Source: Thermoplasmata archaeon
Lineage (GTDB): Archaea; Thermoplasmatota; Thermoplasmata; Halarchaeoplasmatales; Halarchaeoplasmataceae
DNA: 64,000 bases
Direction of reading: 5' to 3'
Assembly (NCBI GenBank): GCA_046498385.1
Contig: JAWOAU010000074.1
Coordinates: 9,355 to 73,354, forward strand
Below, one piece after another: positions 33,055 through 42,284 of the stretch. How positions within the stretch are numbered: position 1 is the first letter of the stretch; every line of letters starts with the position of its first letter. Under the pieces are notes generated by a model. It searched no databases. It had not been told where the DNA came from and worked only from the letters and a program-made list of their open reading frames with translations. The position numbers and the translations under genes are program-made.

Positions 33055-34049
33055 ATCTAGAAGAGTGGTCCATCCGGTTTTTTTTCATACTGGTAATCCC
33101 GTTTATCGGTCTCTTCTTGGGAATGGTATACAAGGGATTCGACCGTAAGATCACCGCAATGATGCAGGCGAGGATCGGCCCGCCTTTGAGACAACCGTTC
33201 AGGGATGTTAAGAAATTATTCATGAAGGAGAATATTGTTCCCGACCACGCCGTAGAATGGATATTCCATGCGGCACCATTGGTCGCCTTAGTGGCACCAC
33301 TGGCCACCTTAGTGTATTTACCTTTAGGTCCCTTTGAACCGGTAATGAAGGGTTACGGGGACCTAATTTTAATATTGTACCTTTTAGCAATACCTGCTGT
33401 TGCTATGGCGGTTGGTGGATTGGCATCCGGTTCGCCGTATGCAACCGTCGGAGCCCAGCGTGAACTGGTATTGATGATGAGCTACGAGTTTCCCCTAGCT
33501 ATTGCCGTGGTAACCATCGCTTGGAAATACGAGAGCTTTTCTTTAGCTACGATATCCGCAACTCCGGTTTGGAGTTTGGTCGGAGCCATGGGCACATTGG
33601 GTTTAGTATTGATATCTTTAGGTCTTTTTGCAGTCCTGCCTGGAGAACTTTCAAAGGTACCATTCGACCAGGCCGAGGCGGAAACCGAACTCGCCGGAGG
33701 CATATTCGTCGAATACTCGGGCAGGAACTTAGGTATATTCTACTTGGCCGAGGCGGTGAAGATGATAGTTGTTGGAACGTTGCTAATAGCACTCCTGTTC
33801 CCTCAAAATTTATCTCATTGGTACTCCTTTGGCGGACCGGAGATCGCCGGGTTGTTGGTTTTTGACGTAATAGCCGACATATTGTTCTTCCTCCTGAAAT
33901 TACTGATAATAATCTTTATAGGTGTGTCCGTGGTTCGAGTGGCGGTAGCACGATTTCAGATAGACAAAGCTAGTTATTTCTACTGGGTTCCCATGACTTT
34001 ATTGGGATTGCTTGGAACGATATTGGTGGTCATGGAAGGTGCGATATGA
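33051..34049 (+). CDS. mbhM: Mbh subunit M (NuoH-like membrane subunit)
   Basis: 332-aa polytopic protein with a NuoH-like RIGPPLRQPFRDVKK motif. ATGA overlap with mbhL. Confidence 0.85.
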   Translation: MNLEEWSIRFFFILVIPFIGLFLGMVYKGFDRKITAMMQARIGPPLRQPFRDVKKLFMKENIVPDHAVEWIFHAAPLVALVAPLATLVYLPLGPFEPVMKGYGDLILILYLLAIPAVAMAVGGLASGSPYATVGAQRELVLMMSYEFPLAIAVVTIAWKYESFSLATISATPVWSLVGAMGTLGLVLISLGLFAVLPGELSKVPFDQAEAETELAGGIFVEYSGRNLGIFYLAEAVKMIVVGTLLIALLFPQNLSHWYSFGGPEIAGLLVFDVIADILFFLLKLLIIIFIGVSVVRVAVARFQIDKASYFYWVPMTLLGLLGTILVVMEGAI

Positions 34050-34061
34050 GGTGATTAAAAT

Positions 34062-34466
34062 ATGCCAACATCTACTATATTTACGTTAATCAAACAGCTT
34101 TTGACCAAAAAGGCGACGAATCCCTTTCCGGTCAAATACACGCCGAACAACATGCACGCCGCCGCATCTCTGATAGAAAGCGGCAAATTAAAAATCAATC
34201 CACCGGTCGAGTTACCTCCGGACTATAGGGGCAAACTCACTTACGATGTGGATGCGTGCATAGGCTGTAAACTGTGTTTAAAGGTATGCCCTTCCGAGGC
34301 ACTGGTATTCAAGCCTGAGGAAAAGAAGATCAAGCACTACGTATCCAGATGTACGTTTTGCTCACAGTGTGTGGAAATCTGTCCCAAGAACTGTTTTAAA
34401 ATGTCGAACGAATTCCTCATAGCGGGATTAGACAAAGAGGCAGAGGATATGGTTTTGAATCCCTGA
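34062..34466 (+). CDS. mbhN: Mbh subunit N (2x[4Fe-4S] ferredoxin-like, NuoI-like)
   Basis: Two CxxCxxCxxxCP motifs (CIGCKLCLKVCP, CTFCSQCVEICP). GAGGTGA SD precedes ATG 34062. Confidence 0.9.
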   Translation: MPTSTIFTLIKQLLTKKATNPFPVKYTPNNMHAAASLIESGKLKINPPVELPPDYRGKLTYDVDACIGCKLCLKVCPSEALVFKPEEKKIKHYVSRCTFCSQCVEICPKNCFKMSNEFLIAGLDKEAEDMVLNP

Positions 34467-34468
34467 AA

Positions 34469-34912
34469 TCAAAGGACGGGGATATATCTCCATTCGTCCG
34501 TCATTAGCATTCGCAGAAGATATTCTTTAGCTTTTTTCAACTCGCTGCTCATACCCTCTTTCAGTGACATGTCCTTCGGTTGAATACCGACCAAAACAAC
34601 ACTTTCTACCTTCTGTGCCAGGAAGTCCATAACCAGTGAAAGTGGTAGGGCATGTGTACTCATTGTGAAAACCCCGAGTTTATTACGTGGTACTCTGCGT
34701 ATCTCTCCTGGCTTTAACCCCATATCCGCCGCATCTACGATTATCACCTCTTCATAGACACCCTCGTCTATGTGAGGGATAAAGTTTTCCGGCATGGTAC
34801 CGCAGTCTTCCACGTCCCATCCGTCCCGCCTGAACTCCCGCGCTATTTCCTCTCCGATAGCATCGTCCCCTCTTATATCATTGCCAACGCCTAGCAGAAG
34901 GTTTTTTTTCAT
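34469..34912 (-). CDS. hycI: [NiFe] hydrogenase maturation endopeptidase (HycI/HyaD family)
   Basis: LLLGVGNDIRGDDAIGEEIA N-terminus and a conserved His region (STHALPL). Convergent, 2 nt after mbhN. Confidence 0.85.
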   Translation of the reverse strand: MKKNLLLGVGNDIRGDDAIGEEIAREFRRDGWDVEDCGTMPENFIPHIDEGVYEEVIIVDAADMGLKPGEIRRVPRNKLGVFTMSTHALPLSLVMDFLAQKVESVVLVGIQPKDMSLKEGMSSELKKAKEYLLRMLMTDEWRYIPVL

Positions 34913-34996
34913 ATTTCGAGGAGCAAGTAATGTATGTAATAAACGTTTCCCAACGTAGAAAAATATTTGATACTCTACTACATAACGTGATTGTAC

Positions 34997-35917
34997 ATGG
35001 ATGAAATAAAGTCACGCTGCGAACGGATATTGGAATTCGCTCCAGAAGGTGAGTTCGACGACTATGCAGCACAGCATCTCAAAAAGAAGATATATAAATG
35101 GAAGGAAAGCGACAAAAAAAAGATAACTTCCTTAGAATACTTTGTGAATGGAAAGGAATATTCTTTACTTTTGGATGCACTGTACCTTGAAAAAACTCTA
35201 TCTAAAATTAAAATAAAGTTTCTCAAGCCCGTACTTAATGCAAAGTGGAACTTTTCTAAACCTACCCGGGAGATCATGGAAAAAAAAGGCAGGGCGCTGG
35301 TGAGGTCCTTCGAGTTCGACCCTGACTCACTCAATCCCTGGGCCTGTATGAATAAAATAGAGAATGAAAAAGTGATGATGAGGGCCTTTATCTCCGATTT
35401 TTTTCTCCCCATATCTATTCAAACCAAATCTCAATATCATCATGCCCAAGATATACCGCGGATGTACGACCCCCATCTAAAAAAGTTACAGGGGGTATGG
35501 AAGGATGTTAAAAAGGGGATAGTACCCTTTGAAATCATCATATGTGCCTACACGCCTAAAGATAGATATATGTATGTTATAGACCCCTTGGAAAATATTC
35601 AAAAAAATCATCCCCTGCATACGATACCATATCATTACAAGGTTTCCAGGGGACCTTTGGAGTATATAATTTTCGACACCTTGTTTGCATATATGGATTT
35701 GCATCCACTGGTTAAAAAGATGTTTCTGTTCATTTTTGAGTGCGGAGAAATCACGGTTCCCGATATAGCTCATAAATTCAATGTGCCTGAACGAATAGCC
35801 CTAAATAACCTCAATGCACTGATATCCAAAAATCTGCTTAAGGTGAGGAAGAATCTGTACTATGATATAGCTATGGATGAAGTAAAGGCTCGTGCGGAAG
35901 TACTGAGTCGATTTTAG
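34997..35917 (+). CDS. hypothetical protein with C-terminal winged-helix-like segment
   Basis: ~307-aa Lys/Tyr-rich ORF with no family recognised for the first ~240 aa. The C-terminal GEITVPDIAHKFNVPERIALNNLNALISKNLLKV looks like a wHTH recognition unit. The track starts at TTG 34991. Confidence 0.5.
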   Translation: MDEIKSRCERILEFAPEGEFDDYAAQHLKKKIYKWKESDKKKITSLEYFVNGKEYSLLLDALYLEKTLSKIKIKFLKPVLNAKWNFSKPTREIMEKKGRALVRSFEFDPDSLNPWACMNKIENEKVMMRAFISDFFLPISIQTKSQYHHAQDIPRMYDPHLKKLQGVWKDVKKGIVPFEIIICAYTPKDRYMYVIDPLENIQKNHPLHTIPYHYKVSRGPLEYIIFDTLFAYMDLHPLVKKMFLFIFECGEITVPDIAHKFNVPERIALNNLNALISKNLLKVRKNLYYDIAMDEVKARAEVLSRF

Positions 35918-35918
35918 A

Positions 35919-36401
35919 TTACTTTGCCTCTTTTATCAGGTCCCCTAAGGTCAATGCCCTTTTCCCGGAGGTCGAAATGGTAGTGGTCTCCTGGTACTCG
36001 TCCATGAGTTCTATGCTAAGAGAGCTTTCTAATTTTTTTATCAGCTCATCACTGGGACGGAGGTCGCCTTTTTCAAGCTTAGCGATGACGGATTTTTTCT
36101 CGTTCACACTGTTAGCAAGGTCCTCTTGGGTTTGTGACATTCCAATCCTAGCTTCACGGATCCGGTCGCTGTAGTCTAACGCTAGGACTTTTTCACCGTC
36201 ACCCATGCCCCTGGTGCTGCCGTAAGCCTCTTTTTTCCTCTGTATGCGATTAAGCATTTTATCTTGGTCAAAGCTCACCTTTCCAGATTTAAAGACCTCT
36301 TTTCCATGCCTGGAACACCCTTGACAAACTTGGAGAGTTGACCCCTCTATAGAGACGGTAGTAGGCTTTCCAATTTTCTTTCCACACAGTTCACAGTTCA
36401 T
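35919..36401 (-). CDS. mbf1: archaeal multiprotein bridging factor 1 (zinc ribbon plus XRE-type HTH)
   Basis: MNCELCGKK...CQGC zinc ribbon, then MSQTQEDLANSVNEKKSVIAKLEKGDLRP HTH. The ATG at 36401 is preferred to the TTG at 36416 in the track. Confidence 0.85.
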   Translation of the reverse strand: MNCELCGKKIGKPTTVSIEGSTLQVCQGCSRHGKEVFKSGKVSFDQDKMLNRIQRKKEAYGSTRGMGDGEKVLALDYSDRIREARIGMSQTQEDLANSVNEKKSVIAKLEKGDLRPSDELIKKLESSLSIELMDEYQETTTISTSGKRALTLGDLIKEAK

Positions 36402-36574
36402 GTTAATATCCCCCAATCATGTGATAGGATAAGGCATTTTGGGGGATATAAAGGTTATCTTCACTTTTTTAAAAAAATTCGTAAATTGACCGATATCTTT
36501 AAGAAAACTTTTATATGCCTGTTTTCATTACCTCTTAGGTTAAAGGAGTCTCAAAAGTATAAAAAGTGATAATC

Positions 36575-37201
36575 ATGGCTTCAAAAAAGAAGGAAAAGAA
36601 GGAAGCAGCAGATTGGTTCGATGAGCTTGACGAGGAACTGGAGAAGAAAACTGAAGAAACCTTTAGGGATTTGGGCGAAAGGGACTCCAAGCTGGCTGAT
36701 ATTAATCAACAATTTATAAAGGATTTCTGGAGGATATGGATACGGTTCGAGAAGATAAACGTACACTTTAGCATGAAACCGGAGTACAGTTCCTTCGCTA
36801 AGATAAAGGAGTTTCCGGAGAATTGGGAATTCAAAGAGAATTTTGATTTCACCGGTGTACAGACCATCCGATTAATGGACAAAACCCAGGACGAAAACCG
36901 GGTCGGGGACACTCTCCTTATAGACTATTATACCGAAGAGGATGTTTTCAAAGTCGGTATGTTCTTTGAGTTTTGTGAAGGAGAAACCTATTATAAATAC
37001 AGCGGCTGGAAACGAATATACGCCCGGTATCTGCTGTGGGAAGCGGGTTTTCCTCTAGAAGATAACGATATGGACGAATTCCACGAAATCTTGAAGGACG
37101 TAGTGAAGGTATGGTACGAATCCCATCTTAAAAAGGACCGTAATATAATGCTTAACCATATCAACAAGGAATTCGACAAAATAGAGGAGTATCCTGAGTA
37201 G
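36575..37201 (+). CDS. hypothetical acidic, aromatic-rich protein
   Basis: ~209-aa ORF with a charged N-terminus (KKKEKKEAADWFDELDEELEKK). No family recognised. A+T-rich by eye. Confidence 0.5.
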   Translation: MASKKKEKKEAADWFDELDEELEKKTEETFRDLGERDSKLADINQQFIKDFWRIWIRFEKINVHFSMKPEYSSFAKIKEFPENWEFKENFDFTGVQTIRLMDKTQDENRVGDTLLIDYYTEEDVFKVGMFFEFCEGETYYKYSGWKRIYARYLLWEAGFPLEDNDMDEFHEILKDVVKVWYESHLKKDRNIMLNHINKEFDKIEEYPE

Positions 37202-37313
37202 GCCAAAAACAAAAATCCTTTCCACTTTTACAATTTTCTAGACCCCCCCTGAAAATGGTTAAATACTACTGAGGTTTAGATGATGAACACATTCGAAAAA
37301 AAAGCGTGATAGA

Positions 37314-38621
37314 ATGAAAAACGAAGAACTCGCGCCCCACATAAATGATATAACCCGGGCGCTAAAAGGAAAAATAAGCAAAGAAGAAGTCGAACGAGAA
37401 CTCCAGGATTGGCTGGATAACTACAAGGTTGACTTGGCAACCGCCAAAAGATCCGTAGTTAACAAACTGGGAGGAGACCCTCAGGATCTTTTCGCTCGTA
37501 CCGAGAAAAAGGTTAACGAGATAACGGGAACTGAGAGAAATCTTGAGCTCAAGGCAAGAATCGTTTCCATAAACGAAAAGAACATAGAGGTAGATGGTGT
37601 GCCTAAAAAGATACATTATGGCATATTCGGCGATGATACCGGAACCATACCCTTTACACTTTGGGAGCCCTTGACCGAGCCCCTGGAAAAGGGAGATACG
37701 GTTCATGTGATCAACGTATATGCCACCACGTGGAATGATAAACCTCAGATCAACCTGGGTTCCCGCGGGAGAATGAAAATGCTTGAGGAGGACGAGGTAC
37801 CTGAATTCAAAAGAACGCTTCAGCGATGCAATATAATAGATGTACGTGAAAGCATGAACAATCTGATAGTAACGGGTAGGATACTTTCCATGGAGAACAA
37901 GATCGTTCAGACTGAGAACGGCGAAAAGGATCTTTACTCAGGAGTACTTGCGGACGAAACGGGCAAGATCCAATTCAGTGCGTGGTACGATTTTGACCTG
38001 GAAGAAGGTCAGGTCATCGAAGTCCAAGGAGGTTACATCCGTTCATGGAGGGGTATTCCTCAGTTGAGTTTTGATGACAATGCCTCCGTTGAGACGCTGG
38101 AAGATGATTCACTACCGCCCAAGGATGAACTGGAAGATTTAGGCATCATGACCATCTCCCAGTTGGCCCGAAGAGGCGGTGCGGTTGACGCTATCATCGA
38201 TGCGGTGATGATAGATATCAAAAGCGGCAGTGGACTGATATTCAGATGCCCGGAGTGCAATCGTGTAGTCCAAAAGAGCGCTTGCAGGATACATGGTAAA
38301 GTAGACGGCGAACCCGACCTGCGTGTAAAAGGTATATTGGACGACGGCACGGGAGCCCTGACCGTTATAATAACCCGTGACGAGACTGAAAAGATATTGG
38401 GTTATGATTTGGACAAGGCTATGGAGATTGCCAGAGACCGTATGGACCACGGAGTGATAAAAGATGAATTAGAAGATCATCTGATAGCTCAGCCACTGCG
38501 AATGAAGGGCAATGTTACCTGTGACGATTACGGCCTGATGCTGATCGCCAGTGAGGTAAAGGAGAAGAAGATAAACATGGAAGAAGAGGCCCGTAAACTT
38601 CTCGATGAGGTGAGAGTATGA
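37314..38621 (+). CDS. rpa: replication protein A (multi-OB-fold ssDNA-binding protein with zinc finger)
   Basis: 435 aa with repeated OB-fold blocks and a CPECNRVVQKSACRIHG zinc-finger OB, typical of euryarchaeal RPA. Confidence 0.8.
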   Translation: MKNEELAPHINDITRALKGKISKEEVERELQDWLDNYKVDLATAKRSVVNKLGGDPQDLFARTEKKVNEITGTERNLELKARIVSINEKNIEVDGVPKKIHYGIFGDDTGTIPFTLWEPLTEPLEKGDTVHVINVYATTWNDKPQINLGSRGRMKMLEEDEVPEFKRTLQRCNIIDVRESMNNLIVTGRILSMENKIVQTENGEKDLYSGVLADETGKIQFSAWYDFDLEEGQVIEVQGGYIRSWRGIPQLSFDDNASVETLEDDSLPPKDELEDLGIMTISQLARRGGAVDAIIDAVMIDIKSGSGLIFRCPECNRVVQKSACRIHGKVDGEPDLRVKGILDDGTGALTVIITRDETEKILGYDLDKAMEIARDRMDHGVIKDELEDHLIAQPLRMKGNVTCDDYGLMLIASEVKEKKINMEEEARKLLDEVRV

Positions 38622-39502
38622 GCATGATCCAGCGAGAAGTAGCGTGGAGATTGTTCGCGCAAGAGTTCAACCAGTCCACACTTGAGATCAGCGGCAGCGA
38701 AGCCGAAAGGACACCTTCGTACGTGGTGACCCCTCTGGGCGCCATGGTCAATAGAGTTTACATGGTGGGAGTGCTCACCGAGACGGAGAATCTTGGTACC
38801 CAAGATGATCCTATGTGGAGGGCCAGGGTTTCCGATCCTACGGGAACCTACTTCGTGTCCGCCGGGCAGTATCAGCCCGGTGCGGCCACTGCAATTTCCT
38901 CCCTAGAACCTCCGGCATATGTTGCAGTAGTCGGCAAATCCAGCGTATATCAACCTGACGAGGAAACCGTCCTGACCTCTCTTAGGTGCGAATGCATCAA
39001 GGAGGTATCGGAGGAGATGAGGGATTATTGGATACTGGAAGCCTCTCGCTCGTTGAAAACCAGGCTTGAAGCCATGGAAGAGGCTTTAAGAATGGACGAG
39101 GTATCGGCGGAGGAGCTGATAAGACTAGGTTATGATCCGGATTTGGCCAAAGGAATCAAAAGGGCTACGGAACATTATTCATCCGTATCTTTGGATAAAT
39201 ACTGGTCTTTACTAGAGGATTCTTTGATGTACGTTCTTCCCGAGTATGAGAGGACCCCTGTAAAGGAGCATTCCGAACCAAAAGAGGAAGAACAAAGTGA
39301 CCTGGAGGATTTAATACTTGAGGTCATAAAAGAAATGGAAGAAGAGGGACAGGACACAGGCGTTGATTACAATGATATCATGCTTGAGGTAATGGACAGA
39401 GAGAACATTTCAGAAGGTGAATTCGAGGAGGCTGTTAGAAATCTTAGGTCCCTAGGACACCTTTACGAACCGGACCTTGGTTCTCTAAAGAGGATATATT
39501 GA
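38618..39502 (+). CDS. RPA-associated OB-fold protein (COG3390-like partner)
   Basis: ATGA overlap with rpa. The N-terminal REVAWRLFAQEFNQS...PSYVVTPLGAMVNRVYMVGVLTE resembles the RPA-associated protein that is co-operonic with rpa in halophilic and methanogenic archaea. Confidence 0.65.
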   Translation: MSMIQREVAWRLFAQEFNQSTLEISGSEAERTPSYVVTPLGAMVNRVYMVGVLTETENLGTQDDPMWRARVSDPTGTYFVSAGQYQPGAATAISSLEPPAYVAVVGKSSVYQPDEETVLTSLRCECIKEVSEEMRDYWILEASRSLKTRLEAMEEALRMDEVSAEELIRLGYDPDLAKGIKRATEHYSSVSLDKYWSLLEDSLMYVLPEYERTPVKEHSEPKEEEQSDLEDLILEVIKEMEEEGQDTGVDYNDIMLEVMDRENISEGEFEEAVRNLRSLGHLYEPDLGSLKRIY

Positions 39503-39503
39503 G

Positions 39504-40250
39504 TTAATCCTTCCTCTCCCTTTGTTTCTTTATAGCTTCTTTGAGTTTTAACTCTCCCTCGACCACCTTTTGTGCTAATTCTTTTGATATTGTTATCTCA
39601 CCGTTGCTCTGCAGTCTACTCCTTCTCTGCATCTCTTTCTTCTCCCCTTCAGTAGCCTCTACTTCATGGGGGCCGTATGCGATCTGCCCCTTTGACATAG
39701 CTATCTTTCTAGCGGCTTGAATATCGGGTGAATCAACACGTTCCGTAGTGTATTCCTCGTTGACTATTTCTATCCTAAGGGGAAGCCCTTTCAACGAGTT
39801 TAAAGTACGGTTTCTATTTGTTTTATCGCCGTGACCGACTTTTACGATCATGGTATGGAAATCATAACCTTCCATATACCGTTCCACCAATTGTTTTACA
39901 GTTTCAGGAGAGTCCGCATATGCGGTTTCAAGCAGTTTTCCATCTCCCATCAAAGCCACCCCAGGTCTAAAGCCCGGGTCTATGCCTACCACCAACCGCT
40001 GGTAAGATGATTTTCCGGAGAGGGCGTTTAGTGCTATCCGTACGCCCATCCGTATATCTTTCCCTACCCCTATTACGTTATCGTGGTCTATCATAGGTTT
40101 TTCAATCCTAGAAGTTAAAACCACTCCTACGTTCTCCGGTATGGGGTCTTGAGGTGACAAGCTGACGAAGGGTATGTCCCTGTGTTTGAGTTCCTTCACT
40201 ACATCGTAGTAGAACTCGAAGTTGTCCGTGGCAACGGCTAGTATCTTCAT
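39504..40250 (-). CDS. conserved archaeal protein, predicted RNase H-fold nuclease (COG2410-like)
   Basis: LVVGIDPGFRPGVALMGDGKLL resembles the first strand-turn of RuvC/RNase H-fold nucleases. The assignment is from memory only. Confidence 0.5.
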   Translation of the reverse strand: MKILAVATDNFEFYYDVVKELKHRDIPFVSLSPQDPIPENVGVVLTSRIEKPMIDHDNVIGVGKDIRMGVRIALNALSGKSSYQRLVVGIDPGFRPGVALMGDGKLLETAYADSPETVKQLVERYMEGYDFHTMIVKVGHGDKTNRNRTLNSLKGLPLRIEIVNEEYTTERVDSPDIQAARKIAMSKGQIAYGPHEVEATEGEKKEMQRRSRLQSNGEITISKELAQKVVEGELKLKEAIKKQRERKD

Positions 40251-40302
40251 GTTGAAGGGTTAAAGGTAGGGAGGATATATCTTTTTTGAAAGAAAGGGGT
40301 TT

Positions 40303-41658
40303 TTACTCAACGTCGGGAGCGGGTTCGATCAAGCCAGCTTCCATAAGCTTCTTGGTATGTTCTCGACTTCTGAGGATCACTTTCTCGGCCTTCTCCCTGA
40401 GCTCCTCTTCACTGAGCTTCACCCTTGCGATACCCTGTTCTACAGCTTTCAAACCTACGCGTACCGCTTGATGTATATATACCTCGGTGTTATCCATGGT
40501 CGGTACCAGATACTCCTCATGGATGCCCTGCTGTTCGGCGACTTCCGCGATGGCGTATGCCGCTTCTATGTGCATCTCGTCGGTGATGGTCTTTGCCCTG
40601 ACATCCAGGGTGCCTCTGAATATTCCCGGAAATCCTATTGAATTGTTTACCTGGTTGGGGAAGTCCGAACGACCGGTTCCTACCACTCTAACGCCGGCTT
40701 CCTTTGCCTCCCAAGGCCATATCTCTGGTATGGGATTTGCTTCTGCGAAAAGAATACCGTCTTCGTTCATCTTTTTCAGCCATTCTTTTTTGATGGTGTC
40801 CGGTCCGGGTTTGGAGGCCGCAACTACAACGTCTCTTCCCTCTATGAGTTCCGGCAGTCCTCCGTCTTTTCTTTGTTTGTTTGTCTTCTGGGCGAATTCC
40901 CATTTAACCGGGGATTTATCTTTATCTAGATCTTCCCGATCGGCGTGGAGTAGTCCCCTTGAATCGCAGAGTGTTAAATTCTTTTCCGGAACACTTGCCT
41001 TTAGAAGAGTTCTTGCAAGACATAGGTTTGCGGCTCCGGCACCGACCAAACCTATCTCAACTTTATCCAGCTCTTTGTCAACCACTCTTAGACCGTTGAT
41101 TATAGCCGCTAGAGTGATTGCGGCGGTTCCCTGCTGGTCGTCGTGCCATACAGGTATATCCATTTCTTCCCTGAGTTTATCCAGGATGTAGAAACATTTA
41201 GGTTTGGATATGTCTTCTAAATTTATGCCTCCGAAGGAAGGAGCAATCCACTTCACCACCTGTATTATCTCATCCGGTTCATGTGCGTCAAGACATATCG
41301 GGAAGGCATCCACACCTCCCAAGTATTTGAACAGCAATCCCTTACCTTCCATCACCGGCATGCTAGCCTCAGGACCGATGTCGCCGAGTCCTAAAACGCG
41401 GCTTCCGTCGCTTACTACGGCAACGTTGTTCCATTTGTTGGTGTGCTCATACACGGTTGAGGGATTTGCATGTATATCCTGACACGGCTTTGCAACTCCT
41501 GGTGTATACCAAACCCCGAAGTCATCGAAGCTGCTGACCTGAACCTTTGGGGATATCTCGATTTTTCCCCTGTAAAATGGATGCCAGATCATAGCCTTTT
41601 TAGCTGGTAGTTTTGCTTTCTTGATAAGTTCTTCCTTGGTAAGTTTTTCTTCGCTCAT
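40303..41658 (-). CDS. NAD(P)-dependent malic enzyme
   Basis: 451 aa. WYTPGVAKPCQDI, VVSDGSRVLGLGDIG and the Rossmann motif GLVGAGAANL are malic enzyme hallmarks. Confidence 0.9.
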   Translation of the reverse strand: MSEEKLTKEELIKKAKLPAKKAMIWHPFYRGKIEISPKVQVSSFDDFGVWYTPGVAKPCQDIHANPSTVYEHTNKWNNVAVVSDGSRVLGLGDIGPEASMPVMEGKGLLFKYLGGVDAFPICLDAHEPDEIIQVVKWIAPSFGGINLEDISKPKCFYILDKLREEMDIPVWHDDQQGTAAITLAAIINGLRVVDKELDKVEIGLVGAGAANLCLARTLLKASVPEKNLTLCDSRGLLHADREDLDKDKSPVKWEFAQKTNKQRKDGGLPELIEGRDVVVAASKPGPDTIKKEWLKKMNEDGILFAEANPIPEIWPWEAKEAGVRVVGTGRSDFPNQVNNSIGFPGIFRGTLDVRAKTITDEMHIEAAYAIAEVAEQQGIHEEYLVPTMDNTEVYIHQAVRVGLKAVEQGIARVKLSEEELREKAEKVILRSREHTKKLMEAGLIEPAPDVE

Positions 41659-41711
41659 GATACTGCCTCTGCTGAGGGAAGAATAGTTGGTATATAAATA
41701 TGTGATGTAGT

Positions 41712-42239
41712 TTACAGCAGGTCTACGATGGACAGGAAGTTACCTAGACCAAGGAATACTCCCAGTAAGATCGCCATAGCCATAAACATCCACGCTCTGA
41801 TATCTTCGCTGAGGTGATCTGCTTTTACAGCACCTAAAACAAGCCCCAGCCCTACTATGACTATACCTACATTTATCAAAAGCAGTGAAAATATTACCAT
41901 TGTAGATGCGAATTCAATGGGATCTTCCGCCCAGTCCGACGCGGCGTGCATAGAGAACATCAACGAATATCCCGCGATCAACAGAAAAAAACCGATAATT
42001 AGTACATTTTGGTACACTGTATACTTTTCTCCGGAAAAAGAGACTGCCTTTCCACGGGCCGACAAAACCCTTTTTTTATTGCCGGCAGAAGATCCTTTCT
42101 TTTTCTCGGTATATTTAGGATTATCTTTCCATTTGAATGTTCTCTGGCACTCGGTGCATCTGCCGGAACCATCGTCGAAAAATTCCAATTCTTCGGAACC
42201 GCAGGCGCCGCATATTCCTTCTGAGGGTTTCCTTACCAT
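41712..42239 (-). CDS. zinc-ribbon membrane protein
   Basis: N-terminal CGACGS...CTECQRTF ribbon, a Lys-rich linker, then about four hydrophobic helices. Confidence 0.55.
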   Translation of the reverse strand: MVRKPSEGICGACGSEELEFFDDGSGRCTECQRTFKWKDNPKYTEKKKGSSAGNKKRVLSARGKAVSFSGEKYTVYQNVLIIGFFLLIAGYSLMFSMHAASDWAEDPIEFASTMVIFSLLLINVGIVIVGLGLVLGAVKADHLSEDIRAWMFMAMAILLGVFLGLGNFLSIVDLL

Positions 42240-42284
42240 TGATCCACCTTGTTAACATTAAGGCCGAGGGTCATAAATATGTTT

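Noticed and set aside
37270-37320. Possible C/D-box sRNA (gatgatga ... tgatag) upstream of rpa. A similar atgatga occurs at 14960-14997.
   Set aside because: No CUGA D box and no terminal stem could be found. The second case is just the start-codon region of the PNPOx-like gene.
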